64,000 bases of DNA. Origin: Antedon mediterranea. Its lineage: Eukaryota > Animalia > Echinodermata. Made by a program: the position numbers and the translations under genes. The stretch lies in assembly GCF_964355755.1 (NCBI RefSeq), contig NC_092678.1, positions 25,809,365 to 25,873,364 on the forward strand, read 5' to 3'. The notes beneath the pieces are model-generated. The model was not told the origin of the DNA. It worked only from the letters and a program-made list of their open reading frames with translations, and made no database searches. Position 1 is the stretch's first letter. The number at the start of each line of letters is the position of its first letter. Shown in pieces: positions 24,502 to 37,747 of this stretch.

Positions 24502-25825
24502 GGCTTATCGCCTCCTTTCGATCTCGTAAATTTTATGTTTGGCGCCCTCAATTTTAAAAACACCTTGAGTTATGTCAGAAAATTAGGAACAAAATAAATA
24601 GAAATGTGTAAATATGTGTATTCTTTCTATTTATTGTAAAAAATAATTTCAGAAATGTATTCTCTCTATTTATTGTAAAAAATAATTTCAGAAAAGTTCT
24701 TGAACATTTAAGTTTCAAAATTGCTTTTTTTTCTTCTAGTGTAAGCCTATTATTCTACATTTCTAGACGTACGTATAAATTATCATCATAATTGTTGAGA
24801 ATTCTCTTACGTGTTACGTGTTTAGAAGAAAATTAATATCTCATCGTAGTTATACGACACGGCTTGGTATGCTGTGCGTTGATATGCAAATGAGATTGTG
24901 CAGGTGTAATGGGACTTTGTCAGTCATTCGCGTTGTTATGCAAATGTGATTGTGCAGGTGTAGTGGGACGGTTTGTCATTCACGGTCAACACGACATACA
25001 GTTTAATTTTACTAGGTTAATCTTTTCCATTAGAATGTGGCCTCATCTATTGTACTGTAGTAATTATAGTATTATTTTAATTTAACGTCACCTACTGTAT
25101 TATTGTGCCTTTATCGCTAAATTGGTAGCGAAATATCTGTTGCATGGAAAACAATGATATTTTGAATACGTTATGCAGTGCTCTCTCTTGATCTTGGAGC
25201 TTTAATATATTATTTCAAAACATGGTTGCGGTCGCCAGCGGGGGCCGGATACCGGGAATTTTAAGAGACTTTCCCCTATCCAGGGGATTTTATTCTTTGT
25301 TTTTTCGCCTATCCCAAGTGTGTGGTCGCACCGTCCAAGATTAGACATGATAAATATTTAAAAAAATACTTTGTTTTCGTTGTTGTTGCATGGGGTTGGG
25401 GGACTGAGATGAGATTATAAGTCTCCAGGACCAGCCCCTGCCTATAAAATTAAATCTCTAAATATCTCTCTTTCAAAAATAAAAGAAAAATATTTTATTT
25501 AAAAAAAATCTATAAAGATTCTACCCCAGCTAGTACAGAGCTGAGAGAATTTAAACGATAGTTATTGGATCCCCGATGTAGAGAGACTTAAATGAAAACA
25601 TTAGGAGAGGGGTTTTGTTTTATTCAGTTCATACACGTCACTTATGCCGTACCCCTCCCCAAACCCTTAAACGGGCAATTTCCGGTAACCTAGCAGATAA
25701 ATACATGTTGAATAAAGTACGAATACAATTGCAACCAAGCGAGCAGCAGTCAAATCCTCCACAGTTATATCACACTAAATATCTCTCTTTAAAAAAAATA
25801 ATAATAAAATAAATAAAAATATGAA

Positions 25826-25892
25826 GAGACTCGAACCCCAGCTGCTAGAGCTGAAAGTAGTTAAGCCAGAGCCTAACCCGTTACGCCACAAT
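25826..25892 (-). other. tRNA-like Pol III promoter element, minus strand (copy 2)
   Basis: Minus strand TGGCGTAACGG (A box)...GGTTCGAGTCTC (B box) then TTCATATTTTT. Confidence 0.55.
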
Positions 25893-26042
25893 GTACACGA
25901 CACCATAAACATCTAATTAACAGTATAGTCTATTTTTTACGTGCTTCATTATTACGTCATTCTAATTGTTACGTCCCATATGCATATTCATGAGCGGAAT
26001 TTTGAGGGAACGAAACTCGTATTAACATATCTATAAACCAGA

Positions 26043-26288
26043 GGGCCGGATAGCTCAGTTGGTAGAGCGTCGTGGAACACGATTATCATGGGTTCAAACC
26101 CCATGCCGGTCTCGGTGGAAAAGAGTTAAAGCTATGCGAGCTTCTGTGTTTGGGGTTCACAGATTTAAACGTCACCCATTCCACCACGTCATCATGAGGC
26201 AATAACATCAAAGCATCTGATGTCGTGACCCAAGGCTGTGAGAGGGCCTTACCGTGCTAGAGGCAAGGGAGCACACCACATTTTTTTT
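26043..26288 (+). mobile_element. tRNA-derived SINE-like or Pol III unit (copy 2)
   Basis: Same A/B boxes and body as 24251-24501; ends in T8. Confidence 0.7.
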
Positions 26289-26765
26289 GGCTTATCGCCT
26301 CCTTTCGATCTCGTAAATTTTATGTTTGGCGCCCTCAATTTTAAAAACATCCTTGTTATAATGTCAGAACAAATAAATAGAACATTTCAAATGATTTGTA
26401 AGGATGTCTGGTCACATTTCCGGAAGTTTTGTTGTCTAACTATAACATTCTTATATAGGCAATGGCATGCCTTTTTCAATAGGCGACTTTATACACCATT
26501 CCTCGACAAGTGGGTACAGGTGTACTTATAGTTAGCGCCCTCAACTTTAAGAGCGCCAGTGTTTATTATTATGGCATAAAGAAGTCGTCTGCTGTATGAC
26601 TGGGATTTTGAAAGAGTCGATGCGGAAAAACACAACAAATATTAGCTGTTGTTCACGACGGACGTATTATGTCAAAAAATTAGGAGAAATAATACAACTT
26701 TCGTAAAGATGGAGGCACTTGGTATTCGGAAATAATTGTTCTTAGAAGAAGTGAATTAATTAAAC

Positions 26766-26784
26766 ATGGACAAATCGTCCACAG
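26766..26784 (+). CDS. Cav1: Probable first coding exon of Cav1 (MDKSST+G)
   Basis: AACATGG start context, upstream in-frame stops, donor CAG|gtacgt; phase 1 matches the exon at 28449. Confidence 0.55.
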
Positions 26785-28448
26785 GTACGTAGTCGTAGGC
26801 TATGTTATGTGATTTGCATGCAGGTGGTGCACGCAGGGAAAATTCCCAGCCCCATCCATTCATTGGCTTAATGTTAAGAGCGTTGGAAATCGGAACTAGT
26901 CTAGCTCAGTCTTAAAAAAAATAATATTTCGTTTTCGTCTTTTCACGTCCGTCACATAGCTAGGCCTATGGTCACTCAACTATACAGCAGGGGAGGAGGG
27001 CTAAGGTGGGTTTATCCCAGCTTGGGATTGGCTGAACATTTAAGAAGAATAGTGTATAAAAACACATTGATTGATATTATATAATTATGATTCATATCAA
27101 TCAATGTGTTTTTGGAAATGAAATAATATTCTAAAAAATCAATTACTTTGATTTGAGTTAAACATGAACATTTTTAAATGTAAATTTCAAAGTAACAATT
27201 ACACCACAGGTTAATTTTCAGAATCTAATATAAAATATTTAATTTAATTACAGTAAGTCACCAATTTGTAGTTTGATAAATTAATTAAGTTAAATTACTT
27301 TTATAGAGTGTTAGTAAGTACTAAGTAAGCTGTATCAAGGGACTTACCTCTGAATAAATTAAATAATTGTTTAATATTCATACAGTTACATGTGTTATGG
27401 TGATATTTGCAAATTGATTTTCTTTCGTTCATGTAGAGGTTATTAAGGTGAGATTGTTGCAAGGTCCAAGGAGTATTGACATACTGTGTTAACATAAAAC
27501 CCAAAATACTACTACCTACCAAAATAATTTTAATTGCACCGTCTGCACTAAAACAACACAAAAAACGTTCACAATTCTCATAAAAAATGGCTAAAAGATT
27601 AAAAATTACTTATGATAATTATTCAATACTGCACATATAATAGTTTAAATAAGTTGATATAATAATATAAAAGAGTACAGTTTAACCTCAAACATAAAAA
27701 ATACACTCCTATTTATCTTAACTTTAGAGTTATACAAATGTATTGCATTTCTATATATTGAAAGAAGTGATATATTTTTAAGGCATCCTATAATTGGCGA
27801 TTTTTGGTGCTGGATGTAGTTGAAATAATAACAAAAGATAAATGTCTGAGAAAATCAACCTTTATTCAATAACTAAAACACAATGTGAAGAAAAAAAATA
27901 CAGAATCTATCAACTGTAAAAAAAATTACTATTGCAGTAAAACTACTAGATTACTGCAGTAGACCAAAAGTGCACACATTTGTAAACATGTAGGTCATAC
28001 AATAACATACTATAACATACTAGTGTATTCTGTATTGAATCAATATGAATTTTGTAAATCAATTGATTTTGGCGTCGGCATCTATAATATCCATTGATTG
28101 CTGGTGTCTTGAATTCTATGAAGGGCTAGTGAGGATGTTTATGCTTTTGCATAGTCATTCACAAACAAAAACAAATTTTAGACATAAATTATAATAATTA
28201 AACAGTTCATGTGGATTTATCTATACAGATAATTATATTCTTGGCATTTTTGACATTTATGAAAGAATTTGGTTCGAATATAAGAAAGAGATTTGTCTTT
28301 AGTATTTCTAAATGTTTGTAGACTTTATTCTAATATTAGATTGTGTTTTACAACCTTTACTTATACCTCTCATTTACTTGGATTATGCTTGGATTAACTG
28401 GCAAAATGTTTACTTTTTTTTTATTTTAAATTATTGGATTCATTTCAG

Positions 28449-28740
28449 GAGTTAACCACAGTGGTTCAGCTGTCTCAAGTCGGGGCCGTTATGTGTCGGG
28501 GTACACCACTTTAAGTTCACAACCTTCGTCTAACTTACCAGAAAACCCATTAAGCCCAGCGTGGCATACTACCTTAGCTATCACCACCACGGCTCAAACT
28601 ATGACACGCAACCGAACAAACAACTCCTATGCTAAGAAAAAAACGCACCATTCAAGTACACTTCGACCACAGAGGGCGCTTTTTTGTCTAACGTTGGACA
28701 ATCCTGTTCGGCGGTTTTGCATACGTCTAGTAGAGTGGAA
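28449..28740 (+). CDS. Cav1: L-type calcium channel alpha-1 subunit exon 2 (N-terminus)
   Basis: atttcag acceptor; ...[10 protein letters not shown]...[26 protein letters not shown], a Cav1-type pre-IS1 sequence. Confidence 0.95.
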
Positions 28741-29419
28741 GTATCCTTTTCTTTTGTAATAAACAAGCAATTTTATCCAAGTGTCAATTAAACGTAAATT
28801 GTTGTAATTGTTCATGTAAAATACATTAATTTTAATTAACATCTACATGATGGCCATGACAAATGTACATTGCCGCTACTTGTTTGTTTTATTTAGGGTG
28901 ATTTACAACAAATATCTGATAGAATAATTCTAAGTTTATTTTAAGGTGAACAATATTTAACCTGTTCTATCTATGACAACATACATGAGTCATGGTTCAA
29001 TGATTTGATTGATTTTTTAATGTTGTTTAATTAATCAATAATATTGGAAATTTACTAAATTAACATCAACTGATTAATACCTCATTTACATACAAGTATT
29101 GTTTGATGTTGTCGATAAATCGCACATTGAATTACAAAAGTGTAATATACTGTACTTTGATCAATTTTACTTATATATACTGTACATCTCATTTAGTAGT
29201 TTAATAATATTGATGTTTAATTGATAATTTATTTTGCATTTTATATTTATGTTTGCAAATATTATAATTTTTTTTAAAAATTCATACGCATGCTATTCAT
29301 GATGCACACATACTTTTACTTTTTTGAATTATTAATATTTGTTATTTCTTACCTCGATAACTAACTGTTTATTTTTGCGTGTATTTTATAAACAATTTTC
29401 TTAACTAATTTACAACCAG
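28741..29419 (+). other. U12-type (minor spliceosome) GT-AG intron
   Basis: 5' site GTATCCTTT; branch site TTTTCTTAAC at 29396-29405, ~15 nt before CAG; no polypyrimidine tract. Confidence 0.92.
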
Positions 29420-29525
29420 ACCATTTGATGTAATAATCTTGTTTACGATATTTGCGAATTGTGTCGCCCTCGCTGTCTATACTCCATTTCCAGAGCAAGA
29501 TTCTAACGACATAAATACTAATTTG
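29420..29525 (+). CDS. Cav1: Cav1 exon 3 (IS1)
   Basis: (K)[35 protein letters not shown]|gtaagt; 106 nt. Confidence 0.96.
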
Positions 29526-32407
29526 GTAAGTTGCAACATTTTAAGACGTACGTCATCCATATTCTAAGAATCTCCTCTTGTATACATTAGCTGAGTTTAA
29601 TGAAGGTTGAATTATGTTGAAATATTTTTGACCAATTATAGTAGAAATGTAAAAAAAAACAACTGTTGTCCGTGATCAATGATTAATAATCAAGAAAGAA
29701 AAACAATCATGTAGGTTCATAAGATATACACTCTAGTATTCTAAGAAGCACTTTATCCTGTAGGTTGATATAACATTTTTATAGGAAAAACCATATTTAA
29801 TTTAGTTTGAGTTCAGTACTGAATTTGCAATACCAACATTCAAAAAGCTTTAGAATTCGATTTTGATGATTCATTTATATAATGTTGGTTTACATGTTTC
29901 AATTTATAAGTTTGTTTATATAACGTTGCCTATGATTCAAGCTTTTACCATACAGTTGGATATCTATAGATAGTAGTTATTGTTACAGTATTATTATACT
30001 GTAGAAGAAAATTTAATTGTATTTTGTAAAAGAAATGTAAAAATATTGATTATTATGATAAAAGGAAAGGTGTTTTATAATGCTAAAATTTGCATTTTAT
30101 TTATCTATTATTTATTTTCAAATAAAATACTTAAAGTAACAGTTAGTCTATATAAGCATCTTGTTTTTATTATGCAAGAGAATATTTAATGATACCAAAC
30201 ATAAGTTTTTGTGTAAATAGTGTTTGTAATAGTAATTTTTTATAGCATGAGAAACTAATGAAAAGAAAAATGCTTAATGAAATTGGAAAGGTTGAATAAT
30301 TTAAGAAATGGTAGAAAGCTGTATCTTAGCGTGCTTCATTATTGCAGCTATATTTAATGATGAAAGCCATTCTGGTAGCAATCACTGGGGCTTTATTTAA
30401 CCATGGCAACTCGTCAGCACATGTCATTATCATATGATTGCTTACTGGTGTCACATGTCACTATTATGAGTGCTCCTTTAATATTGTACCGTGACATTTT
30501 TGTTTGTTTCCTCGCTATAAGATTGGTTTCAAATAGTGTTATCTTAATATAGGCTGAACAATCTCATTGATTAGCTGTACTCAAGTTTGTACTAAATCTA
30601 AATTTTTTTATAAAAATGTCTTCAATACACAGTAATATATATTAACCCAATATGTAAGGTTATTGCAGTAACAAAAATTTGAATAAAAACAAACAAAAAA
30701 ACGTACAAACTCTGTCACTTATAATATAGATTTAATACGGTTATACAATATGTCACAATTCTAAATTATTAGTACTGTTTGTCCAAGACTTTAACAAATT
30801 TGATATAATATTTTATATGTTATGTATGGATAATTAGATGACATTTTTATTCAAGTGTACTACTGTATGCCATGAACAATACCGAACTTGAACAGTATAT
30901 TTCTGAACAATATATACTGTAGTTGGTTTTTTTATAAAATACATTATGTTTTAAAATTATTATTAGTTTAAAAATAAGTAATAAATTATGTACCTTTAAA
31001 CATTAGGAATACTTGAAAGTGAAGACTTGAACATAACGTTGTAATCAATAGAAAAACAAAGAGCTCATTAACATAATGCAGGGCTGTTTAGAGCATTTCA
31101 GCTGCTGTGTATTTAATTAAGGTCCTCTTTAATTAACCAGTTACATTGTCTTCATATCACAACAACTTTCAATTGATCAGAATTAATCCACAAAATGTTT
31201 TATGTCAACGTATCAAGGATTCACAATGTTTTAATATGAGTTTTAATTTTGAGAAGAAAAGAATGTAGAATATATTATCTGCCATCTTTATTCAGTAATA
31301 TTGAAAAAAGATAATTCTCAAAATTATGCCATTTGATCAAAACTAATCTACAAAATGTCAAAGATTTAATTTTATAGAAGAATGTAGAATCTATCTGCCA
31401 TTTATGACATCTGAATGCAAAATTTAGAAAAAAGACAATTCTCAACATTAATGGTAGACTTCTATTTCTATAAATAAAAGTGAGCATAATATTTTGAATA
31501 TTTTGGTCATGAAATTGTCCCTTATTACAGTCCTATCTAAAATGTGTCAATAGAAATAATATATTTTTTACAATAATTCAAGTAAAACGAATTTGACATC
31601 TTACTTTTAGAAATTAATTCATCAAATTCTAAGTGATTTATAATCGTTAAATGTCAAAACATCTAAAGCGAGAAACATAATCGGACGGTTGATTGATCTG
31701 TGTTTATTTTAACGTCCCAAAATGCATTGCAAATTGTTGTAAGAATCAGTCCGGAATATTCATGCAGATGATCATAATCTAGGCGGAACAAAAACAGATA
31801 GGATTTAGATTATAATCAAGTTCTGTTACCAGTTCTAAACATTGGAATATTCATGCGGATGATCATAATCTACGTGGAACAAAAACGTTTAGATATGATT
31901 TAGATTATAATCAAGTTCTGTTTCCAGTTCTAAAATTACCGATATTTTTTAGATTGTCCCTTCATTCATAGTAAAGATATGTGAAAAAAAAAGATATGAA
32001 TTACAAATTAAAACAAATTTCTGGTTCCAGTTGTAAAATTACCGATATTTTTTCATTCATAGTAGATAGATATATATATATATATATATAGTAGATATAT
32101 GCGAAAAAAAACCTGTTCACTTAAGGTATCATTTATATTACAATAACAAAACAAATTTCAGTTTCCAGTTCTAAAATTACCGATATTTTGTGAATTGTCC
32201 CTTCAGTCAAACGACAAAACAACAAATTCTTGATTAGCCCGCTTTTAATTACACGCTTCATGATTGTTGTTCAGACTTTCTTCTCATATTTTCATCTTTG
32301 TTGAAAGATGATATATGCATATCCAATAACATACAGTTTTATACATTTTATTATAATTAGGTACCAGGATGTAGTATCCAAATTAGTAAACAACTTAATT
32401 ATAGATA

Positions 32408-33343
32408 CAATTCTAGACATTCACAAATGATGGGGTCGATTACAACAATAAGAGCTTTATAGATACCATGTTTTCAATTCTAGAGACACAGTAGGCCTAG
32501 TTTTCACAGATGATGGGGTTGATTACAATAAGAGCTTTACAGATACCATGTTTCCAATTCTAGAGACACAGTAGGCCTAGTTTTCACAGATGATGGGGTC
32601 GATTCCAATAAGAGCTTTATAGATACCATGTTTCCAATTCTAGAGACACAGTAGGCCTAGTTTTCACAGATGATGGGGTTGATTCCAATAAGAGCTTTAT
32701 AGATACCATGTTTCCAATTCTAGAGATACAGTAGGCCTAGTTTTTACAGATGATGGGGTCGATTCCAATAAGAGCTTTATACAGTAGATACCATGTTTCC
32801 AATTCTTGAGACACAGTAGGCCTAGTTTTCACAGATGATGGGGTCGATTCCAATAAGAGCTTTATAGATACCATGTTTCCAATTCTTGAGACACAGTAGG
32901 CCTAGTTTTTACATATGATGGGGTCGATTCCCATAAGAGCTTTACAGATACCATGTTTTCAATTCTAGAGACACAGTAGGCCTAGTTTTCACAGATGATG
33001 GGGTCGATTCCAATAAGAGCTTTATAGATACCATGTTTCCAATTCTAGAGACACAGTAGGCCTAGTTTTCACAGATGATGGGGTCGATTCCAACAAGAGC
33101 TTTATAGATACCATGTTTCCAATTCTTGAGACACAGTAGGCCTAGTTTTCACAGACGATGGGGTCAATTCCAATAAGAGCGTTATAGATACCATGTTTCC
33201 AATTCTAGAGACACAGTAGGCCTAGTTTTCACAGATGATGGGGTCGATTCCAACAAGAGCTTTATAGATACTGTGTTTCCAATTCGAGAGACACAGTAGG
33301 CCTAGTTTTCACAGATGATGGGGTCGATTCCAATAAGAGCTTT
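32408..33343. repeat. 80-bp minisatellite, about 11-12 copies
   Basis: Unit ACACAGTAGGCCTAGTTTTCACAGATGATGGGGTCGATTCCAATAAGAGCTTTATAGATACCATGTTTCCAATTCTAGAG. Confidence 0.96.
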
Positions 33344-33919
33344 AAAAGACAACTGATGAATATTTATTCACTATTCTAGAGACAAAATAGATTCACTTGA
33401 ACATTTTTGACAAGAGATTGATGAAGTTGATTCAATGCGACTTTAGTGTAGTCTATTTTATTCTATTTATTTCAATAAAAACGTTTTTTAAACATAAATT
33501 TTAGCTAAAGATGTGGAATTGAGTTTTGATGATAACTTTGTTTAGTTTACTAGACAGATTAGATCTTTTGTGTGATGTGTTGTACGTACGTTGACTTTTA
33601 TAGGTTGGTAGACCGCAAACTGTGAATTTAGGATGTATTTAAAATTCAAAATTAAAACTCATTGTTAAAAAAAATATCCTGATTTGAGTCTAAATACACC
33701 TGGTAGTAGATCTGACAACCCTGTGCTCAACTCTTTGGCCATTGAGCCCTAGACAAAAAAAGAAAGCAATATTTTTATATACCGGTATATATTATAATGT
33801 TCTGTATTTTATATGTTGTTCGTACGTTTTACGTAGTATTGTATTTTGCCAATGGAAAATGAATTTCCTTTTGTTATATTTTACAAGAACGACATAAAGG
33901 TTTATCTAACTATCTATCT

Positions 33920-35256
33920 ACTGTGTTAAAACTGTATAGTATTATCACTGGCTTGGATTCATGTAAAAAACAGCAATACTGTGATACTGTATAGTATTAT
34001 CACTGGCAGGGATTCATGTAAAAAACAGCAATACTGTGTTAAACTGTATAGTATTATCACTGGCAGGGATTCATGTAAAAAACAGCAATACTGTGTTAAA
34101 CTGTATAGTATTATCACTGGCAGGGATTCATGTAAAAAAACAGCAATACTGTGATACTGTATAGTATTATCACTGGCAGGGATTCATGTAAAAAACAGCA
34201 ATACTGTGTTAAACTGTATAGTATTATCACTGGCAGGGATTCATGTAAAAAACAGCAATACTGTGTTAAACTGTATAGTATTATCACTGGCAGGGATTCA
34301 TGTAAAAAAACCTGCAATACTGTGATACTGTATAGTATTATCACTGGCAGGGATTCATGTAAAAAACAGCAATACTGTGTTAAACTGTATAGTATTATCA
34401 CTGGCAGGGATTCATGTAAAAAAACAGCAATACTGTGATACTGTATAGTATTATCACTGGCAGGGATTCATGTAAAAAACAGCAATACTGTGATACTGTA
34501 TAGTATTATCACTGGCAGGGATTCATGTAAAAAACAGCAATACTGTGATACTGTATAGTATTATCACTGGCTTGGATTCATGTAAAAAACAGCAATACTG
34601 TGATACTGTATAGTATTATCACTGGCAGGGATTCATGTAAAAAAACAGCAATACTGTGATACTGTATAGTATTATCACTGGCAGGGATTCATGTAAAAAA
34701 CAGCAATACTGTGTTAAACTGTATAGTATTATCACTGGCTTGGATTCATGTAAAAAACAGCAATACTGTGATACTGTATAGTATTATCACTGGCAGGGAT
34801 TCATGTAAAAAACAGCAATACTGTGATACTGTATAGTATTATCACTGGCAGGGATTCATGTAAAAAACAGCAATACTGTGATACTGTATAGTATTATCAC
34901 TGGCAGGGATTCATGTAAAAAACAGCAATACTGTGTTAAACTGTATAGTATTATCACTGGCAGGGATTCATGTAAAAAACATCAATACTGTGATACTGTA
35001 TAGTATTATCACTGGCAGGGATTCATGTAAAAAACAGCAATACTGTGTTAAACTGTATAGTATTATCACTGGCAGGGATTCATGTAAAAAACAGCAATAC
35101 TGTGTTAAACTGTATAGTATTATCACTGGCAGGGATTCATGTAAAAAACAGCAATACTGTGTTAAACTGTATAGTATTATCACTGGCTTGGATTCATGTA
35201 AAAAACAGCAATACTGTGTTAAACTGTATAGTATTATCAGTGGCTTGGATTCATGC
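33920..35256. repeat. 55/57-bp minisatellite, about 24 copies
   Basis: CTGTATAGTATTATCACTGGCAGGGATTCATGTAAAAAACAGCAATACTGTG(ATA|TTAAA). Confidence 0.96.
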
Positions 35257-36874
35257 AAAGCTACTATATCTAATGGGATAGCATCTCTGGTGACCTATTG
35301 TCTTCTGAGCCTGATTAGTTATTCACTGCTATTGTGTATGCTGTTTCTACTGAATCGTTTTTCCTATCATAAATTGTTCTCCAGGGGGATCATAATTATA
35401 ATTTTTATTAACCAAGGTCTGATACTGCTTCTATTGTATAACTCCTATTTATATTCTGTATAATATTTTCATTTTTTGTTGTTAAAATTTATTTATTCAC
35501 CTCCTGTGCTTGGATTGCATTTTGATGTCAGCCAATCTGAAAAAAATAAATAATTAATTAATTTGACGCGCCTTCCAAATCATGCTACAAATGCAGAAAA
35601 TAAAAATGGTTTTTAATATAGTTATTTGATTGATACACTCAGTATACTCGGATAGTGTACCTTTCGTTATCAGTGGTCAAGAAAATTTGCCATTTTAAAA
35701 TTATAACTTATATAAAAATAGTTTGGCATCTAGAATTGTTGCAATACACGACGTTTGTAGTATAGATTTTGGTTACGAATAAATTGATATCTTAATATTC
35801 AAATTGAATGAGCAAATGTGTAAAAATCATGAATTCTAATCTGTCTTTTAACACATGGTTTACATTTGTGTGTTATTGATTTTTGCTATATGTGTGTGAT
35901 CTATAACATTAAGTTTAATATACTCTATAATAGAGATGTTCTGTATAAACTGAATACAGACAATATTTGTAGATTATGTCGTGGGCAAATTGACAATAAC
36001 GTTTAATTTATTTATTACTAGCCACAACAAATGATAGCCACAATAGAGTATTATCTAACATTGGATAGCTTGAATAAAAAGGTTCATTATTTAATACAGA
36101 TATTGACTTCTTAGAAGTGTATTATTATACAAATATTGCCTGCTTAGAGGTGAAATATAAGATTTGACATCCCGAGGGAATGATATTTTGCTCGAGGGAA
36201 TATATTTGTCACTCAAAAATTAAACAGTCAATATCATCATACACAAGAATTTTCTGGATTTTATATGTTTAATGACAGGGACATGATATTCATCCTAAAA
36301 TTATACAAGTCAATATCATCATACTCGAGGACATGTACACATTATGATTTTCGGTTCGCTAGTCATGTGATGCAGTTTCAACCAATCATGTTATGTAACA
36401 CAATAAAAATATAATAAATTAATTGTTATTTTACCATTAAAATGCTGCAAATGTAAACATTTTATACCCTTTTAGTATCTGTTTCTGCGAAATGTAATTG
36501 TATGTTAATAATTCAATGCATCTGAACAAACTCATAAAATAGCCTGCCCTCACAAAAGACGAAAAACATTAATTATAAGAGAACGAAGTTGGTGTTCCAC
36601 GTCAATGCATTTCATTTCATTTGTTCATGTAGAATAATAGACAGTGTTAAATTATTGAGATTGTGTATTGACTATTTTATTGTTGATAGTGTGAAAGTCC
36701 CGAAGGAACCGTCTATGACTGTCAACCAGTCTTGTGTGTTTAAGACCACGTCAAGTCTTATTTATCTTCCATAAATGCACCAATAATATTGTCTAGATTT
36801 TGTCAAGTAGATTGACAGAAAATTTTTTGTTTTTAACGTCTTGGCACAACTAACCCTGTATAGTTCATAACAAA

Positions 36875-37561
36875 AGGAGTGTATGCCCCTAGCGCATCTC
36901 CCAGGATCTACCCTTGTGTACAATTCAAAATGAGGAGTGTATGCCCCTAGCGCATCTCCCAGGATCTACCCTTGTGTACAATTCAAAATGAGGAGTGTAT
37001 GCCCCTAGCGCATCTCCCAGGATCTACCCTTGTGTACAATTCAAAATGAGGAGTGTATGCCCCTAGCGCATCTCCCAGGATCTACCCTTGTGTACAATTC
37101 AAAATGAGGAGTGTATGCCCCTAGCGCATCTCCCAGGATCTACCCTTGTGTACAATTCAAAATGAGGAGTATATGCCCCTAGCGCATCTCCCAGGATCTA
37201 CCCTTGTGTACAATTCAAAATGAGGAGTGTATGCCCCTAGCGCATCTCCCAGGATCTACCCTTGTGTACAATTCAAAATGAGGAGTGTATGCCCCTAGCG
37301 CATCTCCCAGGATCTACCCTTGTGTACAATTCAAAATGAGGAGTGTATGCCCCTAGCGCATCTCCCAGGATCTACCCTTGTGTACAATTCAAAATGAGGA
37401 GTGTATGCCCCTAGCGCATCTCCCAGGATCTACCCTTGTGTACAATTCAAAATGAGGAGTATATGCCCCTAGCGCATCTCCCAGGATCTACCCTTGTGTA
37501 CAATTCAAAATGAGGAGTGTATGCCCCTAGCGCATCTCCCACGATCTACCCTTGTGTACAA
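36875..37561. repeat. 58-bp minisatellite, about 12 copies
   Basis: GAGGAGTGTATGCCCCTAGCGCATCTCCCAGGATCTACCCTTGTGTACAATTCAAAAT. Confidence 0.97.
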
Positions 37562-37602
37562 TATGATACAGTTTCCTTTCAGGGAAATCCATTTTACTCT
37601 TA

Positions 37603-37747
37603 AGCTCTGCAGGTCTAATATCAAATTAGTGTGACAAAAAAAGGGTGAAGTGCTTAAATATGGTAGTGATATGACATCATCATGTCCATATATAGGCACA
37701 TCACATTTTTTTGTCGTCACACAAAGTTTGATGGTGTAGACAGAGCT
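37603..37747. mobile_element. ~140-bp MITE copy (PIF/Harbinger-like)
   Basis: TTA|AGCTCTG...agtttgatggtgtagaCAGAGCT|TAA. Confidence 0.8.

Larger units (their letters stand above)
24025..24563. repeat. Copy 1 of a ~530-bp direct duplication containing divergent tRNA-like elements
   Basis: Nearly identical to 25820-26350. Confidence 0.92.
25820..26350. repeat. Copy 2 of the ~530-bp direct duplication
   Basis: Nearly identical to 24025-24563. Confidence 0.92.

Noticed and set aside
34114-35463. Repetitive ORFs (LYSIITGRDSCKKQQYCVK)
   Set aside because: Open only over runs of 57-bp units and broken by 55/56-bp units; intronic minisatellite.
36110-36400. Possible small DNA element with repeated cgagg/tgatatt motifs
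   Set aside because: Termini and target duplication could not be defined with confidence.
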